NCBI GenBank assembly: GCA_951406725.2
Contig: OX597834.1
Location: forward strand, 22,568,001-22,632,000
DNA from: Octopus vulgaris
Taxonomy: Eukaryota
Direction: 5' to 3'
Length of the DNA stretch: 64,000 nucleotides
The position numbers and the translations under genes were made by a program. This document shows, piece after piece, positions 32,785-46,629 of the stretch. Below the pieces are notes generated by a model that was not told where the DNA came from, ran no database searches, and saw only the letters and a list, made by a program, of their open reading frames with translations. Position 1 is the stretch's first letter; each line of letters opens with the position of its first letter.

Positions 32785-35282
32785 TGCTGGTTTTGTGCAA
32801 GTGACACATTAAGTATCCAACTACATTGACAGCTTTTATTTATTTAGTTATTTATTTATTTATACCACACAAATGCAAAATTTTAAAATTGGTCTGAAAG
32901 CAGAACATGTCTAGAATTCTGGTTTCCATATAAATTTTCTGCTGTGTGTATAGCTGGAATTTTTTAATTAACTTTAGCAGGAAAAGACAAAAAAAAAACA
33001 AACAATAACAACAACAATAATAATAATGCTTCACTTCTCCAGAAATAGATTATTGGAATTCTTGGTGTGAATTCTAAATTAAATATAACAAATAGACACA
33101 TACATTGAAGATAAAATAAGCTAGGACTATAAAAAAAGAAGAGAAAAGGGGTCGGGGTGGTGGATATTCTTTGTTTTTGTGTCCCTTTTCAGAGATCAAG
33201 ATACCACAAGCTAATACTCATCTCAGATTTATTATAGACTCAAAGACCCTTAAACTCTTTTGATACCAGCCTGCCCACTTCCTGGCAAGTGGAAAGGAAG
33301 GACAGAAGAAAGACCCTCAAATTAGGGACCCTGGCCTGAATGCTTGCAAAACAGTGGACTCTCCTAAAGGCACCCAAGGTACCAGGGGTATGAAATGTTT
33401 TGACACTTATTTGGTGTTGGTGGTTCAATACGACCGCTCGGTTCAAAGTCTCTCTTGACCAGAAATGGCCTGAACTCTTTGTATGACCACCCTCCCTGTA
33501 CATAACTCCCTGTCCCCCTACATTGCCGTGCTTTTGCTTTTTGAGCCAATTGAATTGAATTGAATTGAATACTGACTTATTTGACATCAGAAGTTTTGAC
33601 CCTTCAGCAATGTCAAATGTCAAATATAATGCTTGTTTCTTCACATTGTTTTGAATTAAGCATGCAGTATCTTGTAACTTCAAAATTTCAATGATGTGAT
33701 TGTTTAGTTTTAGAATGACATTGTAGGATAGGCGTGAGAGGTCAGATCCGGCTGGTTTGAAGACGAAACAAGTAGAATATTTGGGCCAGATACGGCTGGT
33801 TTAAATGCAAATGGGTTAATGTTTCTCTTGTTCTCTTCCTCCATCTCTCTATGTCTGGGAGCATCTAGATACATTTGTACCTATAATATCTCTATTTTCC
33901 TCTCTCACTCTCTCTATGTATGTGTATATTTCTATGCATGCAGCTGTGTGTGTGTGTGTTTGCCACTAGTGCCAAAATATATTCTTTTTTATACTAGGCA
34001 CAAGGCCCGAAATTTGTGGGGAGGGAGCCACTCGATTAGATCGACCTCAGTATGCAACTGGTACTTAATTTATCAACCCCTGAAAGAATGAAAGGTAAAA
34101 ATTGACCTCAGCAGAATTTGAACTCAGAACGTAAAGATAGACGAAATACTGCTAAACCTTTTGCCCAGTGTGCTAATGTTTCTGCCAGCTTGCCGCCTCA
34201 GTGCCAAAATATAGTGTCACGTTGAATATCCAGAGACATCAGAGAGGCTTTGCCCCATGCAGAAACTGCAGGAGCTGCTCAGAGATTTTACAAGCTCTTC
34301 TTCTGAATCCATTGCAACGTCAGAAAGTCTTCTGTATCATTAGCAGACATCTCAGGATCACAAGTGGTTTGCCTCTCGTCCTGTACACATTGCCTGGGTG
34401 GGACAATGGGGACTGAATTAGTCTTTGCCTACAGAAGGATTCCACTTACATCCAATTTCTTTATTAGCCACAAGGGCCCAAACATAGAGGGGGACAATAC
34501 AGCCTGATTGGGGTCAGACACACAATGATTATATGACTTTTAAAAATTTTACAAAATATAATGAAATCGAATGAGATACAACAAGGACGAAATAAAAACA
34601 TGAGACGAAGCAGAGAGATGGCTTACGCTCCAACCCCACGAGCCCACCTTCAGCTGGTTTCAGCTGCCATTTCTGTCCCCTTGATGGCTGAGATTTTAAA
34701 TTGAAATCATGGGTACTGAGTACACACACACACACTAAACTAAACTAGACAAACAAATACACTGAGAGAAACACACAGACGCTGTTTACGTAATCAGAAT
34801 TACTGGCACTTTAGAAAACTGAACCAATTTTGGTTGGATTGGGTCCTCATTGCTGCTATTCCATTCATATTTGGTTAATGCCTCACAATAAATCCTTTAT
34901 GCTGCTTCTTTCTCTCTATCATTATCTCTGAATGCCAGACTACTCATATCATCACACACACACCTATATATACTTCTTCCATTGCATGCACTTAATTAGT
35001 TATCCGAAATGCTTCACACTTTCCATTTCCAGCCCTTCGAATATATCTATACTACACAAGGCAATTAACTGTTTAAATCATAACACCCCCACCCCCAGCC
35101 ATATACAATTGCAATCCCTCACACACACACGCGCGCGCGTGCGCGCCTTTGCCACTGCCACCACCACAACGACCAATTCCCTTCAGGGTCCCTTTAGTAA
35201 ATTAATCAACAAAATGGCTGAATACATGAAGTTCACTGAAGCAGAAATCTCAGTAAATGCAGCACGCACAGACAGACAGACA

Positions 35283-35327
<45 letters not shown>

Positions 35328-35399
35328 TAGCACATTACCCAAACAGAGATTAACAGCAACAGTAAACACAACACTCTCTCTTATATTTGCATCTATGTT

Positions 35400-36280
35400 T
35401 GCGTGTGTGTGTGTGGGGGGGGAAATCATTACATGTGTGTGTGTGTATGTGGCCATCATTTTGTGTGTGTTTGTGCGTGTGTGTATATGGCTGTGTATGT
35501 GGGCATCGTTTTGTGTATGTGTGTGTATATGTCTGCATGTGTATGTGAGCATCATTTTGTGTGTGTTTATATGTGTGTATATGTCAGTGTATATGGGCAT
35601 CATTTTGTGTGTGTTTGTGTGTGTGTATATGACTGTGTATGTGGGCATTGTTTTGTGTATGTGTGTGTATATGTCTGCGTGTGTATGTGAGCATCATTTT
35701 ATGTGTGTTTGTATGTGTGTATATGTCTGTGTATGTAGGCATCGTTTTGTGTATGTGTGTATATGTCTGCATGTGTATGTGGGCATCATTGTGTGCGTGT
35801 ATGTGTGGGGGGGAATCATTACATGTGTGTGTGTGTATGTGTGTATATATGTGTGCATGTGGGCACCATTTTGTGTGTGTTTGTATGTGTGTATATGTCT
35901 GTGTATGTAGGCATCGTTTTGTGTATGTGTATATGTCTGCATGTGTATGTGGGCATCATTGTGTGTGTGTGTGGGGGGGAATCATTACATGTGTGTGTGT
36001 ATGTGTGTATATATGTCTGCGTGTGCATGTGGGCACCATTTTGTGTGTGTTTGTATGTGTGTATATGTCTGTGTATGTAGGCATCGTTTTGTGTATGTGT
36101 GTATATGTATGCATGTGTATGTGGGCATCATTGTGTGTGTGTGTGCATGTATGTGTGTATATATGACTGCATGTATATGTGAGCCTCATTTTGTATGTGT
36201 GTGTCTGCGTGTGTATATGGGCATCATTTTATGTGTGTGCGTGTGCACGTAGAGGTGTGTGTGCATGTCTATTTTATATG
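35400..36280. repeat. TG-rich ~46-bp minisatellite with higher-order structure
   Basis: G(G/A)GCATC(A/G)TT(T/G) anchors about every 46 bp; a ~170-bp three-unit block repeats in the distal half. Confidence 0.85.
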
Positions 36281-37346
36281 TGTACTTTCAATCATTATTT
36301 ACTGTTCCAAAAATGCAAAATGCACATGTGTGCATGCATGTGCATGTGCGCGCATATGAATGGATGGATGTATGGACAGACAGACGGACAAATGGATGGA
36401 CGCATATATGAATGAATGGATGCAAGTTATGTATGGATAGGTGCATGCATGAATGGATGCATTTAGAATGTGTGTGCATTTGTGTGTATGTCTAGAGGAA
36501 ATAAAAATCTATGAATGTGGAGTGATTTCAGGAGGAATGTAGTCCTGGGGAGGAAGGACTGGGGACTAAAAAGAAAATTGTTTTCTCCTGCAGGGTCTCA
36601 GAGTTGACAAACAATAAAGATAATGAGAGAAAGGGAACTGATTGGTTGGGATAGATCAAGGTGGAGGTGGTGATGTGCAGTTGGACATTCCAAAGAGCAA
36701 TTACTGTTTTAGTAGGGATAAAAGGGACAGAGAGATAGGAAACAGCACAGGCCAGTATATACTACTTACTGGCACCTGCAGCTGCATTCATCTGGGGTCG
36801 GTTAACCCTTTCATTACTGTATTTATTTTGAGATGTTCTGTGTTTCTTTCAATTATTTTAAATATAACACAGAATTTAGTAAAATAACTTAGTTATCACT
36901 AAGCTGGTGTTAGGAACATAAATTGTGACTAAGGTTTGGTGGAAGATTTTAATTTAGGACTTATGAAAACAAGACTTTAGTACTACAGAGCCAGAGGCGG
37001 TTTCAGCCAGGTTGGTATTGAGAGGTTTAAGCTGGCTCCTATTCTTCAGAGTTTCTGTAGGAAGACAAGTTTACGTGTGGACCCTGATCACATGCAAACA
37101 CTCTTTGGGAAAGTTTGATCCGTAGCAGTACATCTTGCTGTCGATTGTCAACCATCACAGAGAATTCGCTAAGACACTGCCGGTTATTGGAGTAAACATA
37201 GCCTGGGTTTGAAGAGGGTTCTAGAGACATGCTTTAACAAAAGCTAAGGGATGCCTCACTCCCAGTGGTCTTCCAACAGGTGGGACAACAACCCAGAATA
37301 TCCGAGAGCCCATGCTATTGCTTGAAAGTCATTGAACCTACACCAT

Positions 37347-37747
37347 TACTCTTTTACTTGTTTCAGTCATTTGACTGCGGCCATGCTGGAGCACCGCCTT
37401 TAATTGAGCAACTCGACCCAGGGACTTATTCTTTTGTAAGCCCAGTACTTATTCTATCGGTCTCTTTTGCCGAACCACTAAGTAACGGGGACATAAACAC
37501 ACCAGCATCAGTTGTCAAGCAATGCTAAGGAGACAAACACAGACACACAAACACACACACGCATATATATATATATACATATATACAACGGGCTTCTTTC
37601 AGTTTCCGTCCACCAAATCCACTCACAAGGCTTTGGTCGGCCCAAGGCTATAGTAGAAGACACTTGCCCAAGGTGCCGCGCAGTGGGACCGAACCCGGAA
37701 CCATGTGGTTGGTAAACAAGCTACTTACCACACAGCCACTCCTGCGC
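37347..37747 (-). mobile_element. Family-B SINE, full length
   Basis: Collinear with 19028-19432. Confidence 0.85.
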
Positions 37748-39757
37748 ATTCTTTTTACGGGCCTCATTTTTATTCTAGCAACCCAGCAGGACTAAAAAAA
37801 AAACCTGTCAAAAGAACATGTATATATTTTTGGTAGAAGACAATTTGAGATGTAAATTCATGGACAGATAGTTCTGAAGAGCAGTTTCAGCTGTGGTAGT
37901 GACATGAGGGACAGAAAGATAGAAAGCAATGTAGGCCAGTACATATTTCTGGTAGAAATCAGTTTGATAAGTAAATCCTTAAACAAAGCTGTTGTTACAG
38001 AAATATATTAGATCAGTATTTCTAATTCAGTGATGGTGCAGGGAAGGAGGGGCAGACAAGTTGCCATGTTCCATAAAACTAAGATGGTCTTAAATTTTTT
38101 TTTAGATTAGTACAACACCATGGTGAAGAAAGAAGAATTATCTGGAGGCAAAAATTTATTCTACCCGTGTGAAAGCCTGTCATATATACGTGTGTGTGTG
38201 TGTGCGCGTGCGCATGCGTGTGGATCTTTGTCCAGAACCACTTGACAACCAGTGTTGGTTTGTTTACATCCCTGTAAACAAGCAGTTTGGCAAAGGAGAC
38301 CAACGGAATAAGTACCAGACTTACAAAAATAAGTATAAGTACTGAGGTTGATTTGTTAAACCAAATTTTTTATGGCAGTGCCCCAGCATGGCCAGAACCC
38401 AACGACTGAAACAAGTAAAAAAATAAAAGGCCCATACAATGAGCTTCTTTCAGTTTCTTCCAACCAAATCCTCTCACAAGGCTTTGGTCTTACCTGGAGC
38501 TATAATAGAAGACACTTGCCCAAGGTGCCATGCAGTGGGACTGAACCAGAAACCACATGGCTGTGAAGCAAACTTCTTAACCACACAGCCACCATCTTAA
38601 CAATGCAATGTGTAATAATCCTTTCTACTAGAGGCACAGGGCCTGAAATTTTGGGGGAGGAGGCCAGATGGTCACATCGAACCCCCCAGTGTTTTAATGG
38701 TACTTATTTCATCAACCCTGAAAGGATGAAAGGCAAAGTCGACCACGGCAGAATTTGAACACAGAACATTAAAGATGGATGACATTCCACAAAGCATTTT
38801 TCCCAGCGTGCGACTGATTCTGCCACCTTGCCACTTTAATGCAATGCATAATAATACTAGTTTCTCTGCGACCTTATTTCAGGCCATGAATTATGAAGGA
38901 CGACGACAACAACAGTACCAGCAGCAATAACCATAAAATTGAAAGACAAAAACCGCTTTTGACAATAAACTTTTATTCTCAGGAACACAAAGAAATACCA
39001 AGTGAACTTTGGAAGGAAGTCGGAATTGTTATGGCCAAACAGTAAGTAAGTCACGTTTGAATAATTATTACACTGGGATCAGTGTTACTCATAAAAATAG
39101 GGGTGGGTGGCCCTTGGAAGTGGGGGAGGAGAGAGCTGAGACAATTGAAAGGGGGGAGAGAGAGAGAGAGAGAAGGGTGGAAGGGGCAGACAAGTACAGA
39201 AAGTGGATGTACTGGTGAGACAACGATGATGATGATGACAACGATGATGGTAATGATGATGATGATGGTAATGATGATGATGATGATGATGAAAATAAAA
39301 TTAAGATTGTTTTAACCCTTTAGCATTCAGATTCTTCTGTCAAATGTAAAGCTTATATATTCACGCTATGTAAAATTAATCTTGCATCATTTCATGGCTT
39401 TGAGATTTCAATGATGTGATTCTTTATTTTTAAAATGACACCTTATTAGGTAGCTATGAATGACTATATCTGACTAGTTTGAACATAAAATAGGTAGAAT
39501 ATTTTAGTCAAATATGGCCGGTTTAAGCACTAATGGGTTAAGCTTTTTTGTCCGACAACATGATAAAGAAAGAAGAATTACTGGGTTGCAAACTTTAAAT
39601 TGTGATGATGTGGTTAAGAAACTTGCTTCCCAACCATGTAGTTTTGAGTTCAGTCCCACTGCACAGCACCATAGAAAAGTGTCTTCTATTATGGTCCTGG
39701 GCCAACCAAAAGCCTTGTGAGTGAATTTGGTAAACAAAGACTAAAAGAAACCCATCA

Positions 39758-39800
<43 letters not shown>

Positions 39801-40308
39801 ATGCCTTTCACCGTTGAGGTTGTTTGGAATCTCTGCATTGAATATTCCAAATGCAATTGTATGCATAACCAAAATGGATCATCAAAGGAGCTCTTTATTG
39901 CGTTATGTTACAGAGAAGTGTGTGTGTTTAGCCCCAGGTCAACCTTGATCAAGCAGATCTATGATCAAAGTCATCCGAGTCATTACCATCCTACCATCCT
40001 GTCCGTTTTTTCAGGGTTTGTAGGACTACATTGCTTAATGCGTCCCTTCTTTTCTTAAAATACTAGGGTCTGATTTGAAGAAATTTTGGCTGATATTTCT
40101 AGCATGCTGAGTGACCTCAGAGAAGCTCCTGCTCCTTTGGAATGTGAATAAGAGGGGTGAGTATGGGTCATTGAACAAGGCATTCAGAGCAATCCAAAAT
40201 TGGGTGGTGAGAGGGGAGAGTCTCTCCTGATGGTTGGTTTTAAGTGGTCATCACTATGGAACCTTAAAAGGAAAACCTAATTAGACATGCATACATGCAT
40301 ACATACAT

Positions 40309-40345
<37 letters not shown>

Positions 40346-40856
40346 ATTTATAGAGCATTCCACTTGTCTTCTCCCCACTGCAGCCCTTCTCTATCCTTAT
40401 AAAGTGACTGTCAAGTGATGTCTCACATACATTACCCTTGGAACTTTCCAAATGGAACATTAACCAACCACGTTGATCTCACCAGTTTCAGCTCTCCGTT
40501 TCTGGTGAGATGCATTGAACATGACCTAATTAATTGTCATCCTTCTGGACAAAAAGCAAAGTTAGCTTTTTTTTCTTAATTATATACTCTAAATGGCAAA
40601 TTGCTTGTCTTATTTTATCTAAAACCTAATAGTAGTTATTAAAGAAAAAAAAAGAAAGTCATACTAAGGCGTTGATCTACTACTTTGGTATGACAGAAAG
40701 GATATGTTAGATATCTTATTAATCCCTTTGTTACCATATTTCATACAAAATACTCTGACTGTCTGTCTGTCTGTACATTTTCATCTTAAATATATAATTA
40801 TCAAAATCCAGGATTTGAAGGGGTTTAGCAAAATAACTAGATTCTCCAATGTTGTT

Positions 40857-40859
<3 letters not shown>

Positions 40860-40894
<35 letters not shown>

Positions 40895-40897
40895 GAA

Positions 40898-40994
<97 letters not shown>

Positions 40995-41017
40995 AAGATC
41001 ATCATCGTCATCATCAT
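40860..41017. repeat. Compound (AAT)n-(AAG)n-(ATC)n microsatellite
   Basis: Direct reading. Other tracts: (GA)n 29551-29612, (GAT)n 39225-39292, (CTA)/(CTG)n 43348-43443, (TAG)n ~31673-31712. Confidence 0.95.
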
Positions 41018-41567
41018 TTAACGTCCACATTCCATGCTAGCATGGGTTGGACGGTTCAACTGGGGTCTGGGAAGCCAGAAGGCTGCACCAGGCCCAGTCA
41101 GATCTGGCAGTGTTTCTACAGCTGGATGCCCTTCCTAATGCCAACCACTCCAAGAGTGTAGTGGGTGCTTTTTACGTGCCACCGGCATGAGGGCCAGTCA
41201 GGCGGTACTAGCAACAGCCATGCTCAAATGGTGTTTTTTACGTGCCACCTGCACAAGCCAGTCCAGCGGCACTGGCAATGACCTCACTCGAATGTTTTTT
41301 CACGTGACGGTAAGGCGACGCTGGTAATAATGGTGATAACATAATGAAAGATTCCTACAAAATATTCTTTGATTAATGGGGTGTATTGTCTCCTTGAGCG
41401 AGACACTTCACTTTACACCATCATGAACTATCCAAACGATATGGGTACTAGCCAAGTGTTGATGCAGCACTTTCTCCTTCCGTCAATCAACCTCCGAATG
41501 GTCAACTATATCAAAGTGGAGAAGGCTGAGAGGATGTCTATGTCTGCTCATTATTATATTAATATAT

Positions 41568-42003
41568 AGCGGCGAGCTGGCAGAATCATTAGTGTACTGG
41601 ACAAAATTCTTAGCAGTATTTTGCACATCGCTACGTTCTGAGTTCAAATTCCATCGAGGTTGTTTTTGCCTTTCATCCTTTCAGGGTCGATAAATTAAGT
41701 ACAAGTTGCATACTGGGATCGATCTAATCCACTGGCCCCCTCCCCTAAAATTTTGGGCCTTGTACCAAGAGTAGAAAAGATTATTATATTGATATCAAGG
41801 CGGCAAGTTGGCAGAACCGTTAGCACATTGGGCGAAATGCTTAGTAGCATTTTACCTGTCATTACGTTCTGAGTTCAAATTCCTCTGAGGTAAACTTTGC
41901 CTTTCATCCTTTCAGGGTTGATAAATTAAGTACCAGTTGAGTACTTAATGTGATCGACTGTTCCCCTCCCCACAAAATCCAGGTTGTATGCCTATGGTAG
42001 AAA
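41568..42003 (+). mobile_element. Two tandem family-A SINEs (CCCCTCCCC..AAAATTT tail variant)
   Basis: Heads at ~41568 and ~41798, each followed by the CORE-like block. Confidence 0.8.
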
Positions 42004-42728
42004 GGAATATTATAATCCCTTACAAAACCCTTTTTTCCAAATTTTAAGCCTTCAAAATTAGGGGGTTCCTTGGGAGTTTCTTATACACGGATATTTTTTT
42101 AACCTAATTTTTGACAAAAAAGGGTTCTTTATACATGTTAAAATATGGTAATTCACGATCATCATCACTATCATTACTATCATCAATTGTCATTATCATC
42201 ATCACTGCCATCGTTATCGTTTACCATCTACTTTCCATGCAACAGGCCCAAACCAATCTCGCAAAGTTTCTACAGCTGGATGCCCTTCCTAACACCAACC
42301 ACTCTGAGAGTGGAGTGGGTGCTTTTTACATGCCACTGGCATGGGTGCCAATCAGATGGCACTGTCATCAGCCATGACAACTTCACTTACCGCAACAGGT
42401 TTTCGCAAGCACAGTTTATTGCCCAATGACTGAAGGGTATTCTTAAACGGGCAGCTTATGCTGTACTGGCATAGGCCACAGTTACGGTCTCACTTGGCTT
42501 GCCGGGTCTTCTCAACTTTATAAGAGCCAAGTGTGGTGGTATTTCACAAACAAGAAAGTAAATTTTGAATGCAGTATAACCCCGAAAACAGCTAAGAAAG
42601 ATTGGATATTCATCCTAAGAAGATGGGAAAAAGTTGCCAACAGACAGCTTCTCTATAGCCACCAGCAAGCAAGTTTTTCCCATTTTCTTGGCTGTTTTCA
42701 CAGCTATACTTACATTAGAAATTTATTT

Positions 42729-42796
<68 letters not shown>

Positions 42797-43373
42797 GCTT
42801 CTTTCAGTTTGTCTACTCACAAGGAATTGGTCAGTCTGGGGTTATATAGTACAAGACAAATGCCCAACATGCCAGACAGTAGGACTGAGCCCAAAACCAC
42901 AGGGTTGGGAAATGAACTTCTGAACCACAGAGCCAAACCTGTACCAATTCACATTTGCAGCACAGTAGCAAAGTCATAAAAGCAAAACAACTGCAGGTTG
43001 CTTTTTTTGTCTTTTTTTTTTTTCTTTTTTGGTTTTACTTGAAGCCAATCTTTACTTTGATTGCCCATCCTACGATATATAAATATATTTCATTCTGAAA
43101 AATAAGTTTTTACGGAAGAAAGAAAAATCTATAAAACAAAGGAAGTTAACTTCATAACTAAAGTGAAACTAGTCTTGGCCTGTATTGGCAACTAAGAAGA
43201 ACTAAAAGAAAAGTTTGCTCATTAGAAGTTATTTTGCAGGGAAGGGGAAAAAACATGTTGGACATCAAACCTGTTTGACCCATGCCATTATCTCAATTGA
43301 ATATTCTCAAGACAGAGCTAAACTGACTCCAAAATCATCCTTGGTCTTCTACTACTACTGATGCTGCTAATCT

Positions 43374-43431
<58 letters not shown>

Positions 43432-44681
43432 ACTACTACTACTTCAACTTCAACTTCATCATCATTTTAATGACCATTTTTCCATGCTTGCATGGGTCAG
43501 ACAATCCATGAACCCTTTCGTTACTAACCTGGCTGAAACCAGCTCTGGCTCTAAGTACAAATATCTTGCTTTCATAAGTTTTGAATTAGAATCTTCCACC
43601 AAACCTCAGTCACAATCTATGTTCCTAACACTAGCTGAATGATAACCAAGTTATTTTACTAAATTCTTTGTTATATTTAAGTAACTGAAAGTAACACAGA
43701 GCATCTCAAAATAAATACAATATTGAAAGGGTTAACGTAGCTTTACTATGACAAGATGCCCTTTCTGTTGCCAGCCCTCACTGATTTCCTTGACCAGATG
43801 TTTTTTCTCATGGAAGATTGGAGGCAAAGGACATTACTTGTATAATAGGGAAAGCTTGTTTAAAAACCGTCACATGAGGTCTCAAATTTGGGGTGAGGGG
43901 ACTAGTTGATTACATTGACCCCAGTGTTTTCACTGGTACTTAATTTATCGACCCTGTCAAAGGATGAAAGTCAAAGTTGACCTCGGCAGAATTTGAACTC
44001 AGAACGTAAAGACAGATGAAATACTGAAAAGTATTTCGATCGGCAAGCTAACAATTCTGCCAGCTCACCACCTTAAACCATCACAGGACAAGATAGACAG
44101 ACACACACATACATCTATATATGGGCTTCTTTCAGAATCTGTCTACCAAATCCACTCACAAGGCTTTGATTGTCCCTGGGCTAAAGTAGAAGACACTCGT
44201 TCAAAATGCCACACAATGGGATTGAACCCAAAACTACATGAACTCAAAGTAAACTTCATAACCAATAACAACACAGCCATCTTCTTAAACAAATAATAAA
44301 TACCTGTCAGGTGTCAGTTGACTCATTAAGCCAGGTACATCTTGTTTAACCAGGTCAAAGTAATGCCATTAAAGTAAATGACAAAACTAAACAAAAAAAA
44401 AAAAATAGTATCAGATATGAAGACTTTAATTGCTGCATGCCATATTGTTATGAAGCTATGTCTACCTCTAAAAAAATCTCCTTCAGGTGTGCAGTTTCTG
44501 TAGCTCTCACAGTCTTTGTTTTCTCTGTTAAATAATCTTCCTTCTCTTCCTCCTCCCCCACATCATCATCATCATCATCATCATTATTGTCATAGTCATT
44601 GTTGTTGTTGTAGTTGTTATTGTTGTTATCAGTATCACCACCTTCACTGTTGTTTGTTTTTACCATTTGATCATCCATGCT

Positions 44682-45008
44682 GACACGTGGCTGAGTGGTT
44701 AGGGGACATTCAGCTCAAGATCATAAGGTTGTAAGTTCAATTCCTGATGGTGCATTGTGTCCCTGAGCAAGACACTTTACTCTCACTTTGCTCCAGTCAA
44801 CTCAGCTGGCAAGAATGAGCTGTACCTGTAATTCAAAGGGGCCAGCCTTGTCACATTCTGTGTCACACTGAATCTCCTTGAGAACTACATTAAGGGTGCA
44901 TGCATGTCTGTGGAGCACTCAACCACTTGCATGTTAACTTCACAGGCAAACTGTTCTGTTGATTGGATTAACTGGAACATTTATCATAGGAACCAATAAG
45001 GTGTCAGT
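44682..45008 (+). mobile_element. tRNA-derived SINE (family H)
   Basis: TGGCTGAGTGG...AGTTCAATTCC...TTGTGTCCCTGAGCAAGACACTTT; a homologous copy lies at ~16821-17356. Confidence 0.75.
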
Positions 45009-46629
45009 TATCCATGCTGGAGGGGATGAATGGGTCTACACTTCTGCATCATTTTTCCAGTAACATCTCTGACATGGCTGGCCTCATTACATTTACATGG
45101 TATTTGATATTCTCACTGACAGACTTGATCCTGACTCTAAAATCTTCCACAGTTTACCTCCAACATGACAGGTGAGATGGTAAATTGGAAGAGTCATTTA
45201 CACATCAGATGGAATGCTTCATGGCATTTGCGCCAGATCTTTGTACTCTGAGTTCAAATCCTGCTGGGGCCAACTGGACCTTTCATCGTTTCAGGGTCAA
45301 TAAACATAGTGTTAGTCCAGCAATGATACCAACTCCCCACTCCCTCCCTACTTACCTATCAACGTATCTATCAGCATATACATCTGTCTATATCTTATCC
45401 TTGTTGCCATCTATTAATTGTGGGGAGCATGTGGCTTAGTGGTTAGGGTACTGAACTCATGATCATAAGACAGTAGTTTCAATTCCTGGACTGGGCGATG
45501 AGATATGTTCTTGAACAAGACACTTCATTTCACATTGCTCCAGTCTGCTCAGCTAGCAAAAATGAGTTATCTTACAACAGACTGGCATTCCATCTGGGTG
45601 GGGGGAGTATATTTGCCACAGAATCCAGGAAACTGACCTTATGACCCTATGGCTCAGGAAGGACCTTTGATCTTTTTGAGATCTATCGATTAAGAAACCA
45701 ACAAATGAACCAGTTAATCAATCTACAAACCTACCTACTAACCAACTTGCCCACCTAGTACCTATCTACATACTTCCCTAACTCCCTACTTACCTAAGGA
45801 CAGGCTGTGGCAGGCCTAAAATATCCAAGACATACATATGTCATGATGCCCCCTACAGCTTCACCAGAAGCCAAGAGCTCAAAGAAGGAAGGCTCAGCTA
45901 ATTAGGCCATTAACTAACCAAAATATTTCACCATTTTTAAGTATCCTTCATTTCATATATCCGACCAAGACCTTTGGCATTATGTCACGCTTGAGAAGAA
46001 AACCCATCAAGCCAAGTAAAATCGCAGTCACAGCAGATACCAGTGTCACACATATGGTACCTGTGCCAATGGGTGACACCTATTACACTCTTGGAGTGGT
46101 TGGCATTAGGAAGGGCATCCAGCCATAGAAAACCATACCAAATCAGACTGGAGCCTGGTACAGCCTTTCAGCATGCCAGCCCAGTCAAACTGTCCAACCA
46201 TGGATAACGGACATTAAATGAGGATGATGATGATGCCTAAACAGTATGAGTAATGTAGGTGTAAGGGTTTCTGTGATTCTTGGAAAATCATATAAAGTTA
46301 CCATGACTTTTGGAATTTGTACAAGGATTCCATAACAAAAAAAAAAGAGTTTGAGAACCACCACCCTACTGTCTTAAAAATAAGAGCACATTAGATGATG
46401 TAATTCAAGATACATCGTCTAAAAAGGTGGGATGGTCGAAGTTGGAATGGCTCTGATCATAGACTATTCATCAGGGCCAACACTATTTCTATTAAACTAT
46501 CCAACAAAGAAGACAAGAGCCATATTAAATACCTTATCCCCTATACTATCATCTGTTCTGGATAACAAGCTTCTACATGGTCATTTAATGTGCTAAAAAT
46601 AGCAGCCAAATCTCCTTCGTATCAAAGCA

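Noticed and set aside
35250-36479. Many overlapping Cys/Val/Met-rich and His/Thr-rich ORFs up to 217 aa
   Set aside because: (TG)/(CA)-based repeats lack stop codons in most frames; there are no splice signals or domain content.
40704-41040. Poly-N/K, poly-I/R and poly-L/F ORFs
   Set aside because: Products of (AAT)n/(AAG)n tracts.
44448-44678. Minus-strand ORF containing EDYL as a possible IST1 exon
   Set aside because: The flanking residues do not match IIREDYLVEAME; it derives from (GAT)/(AAC) repeats plus unique filler.
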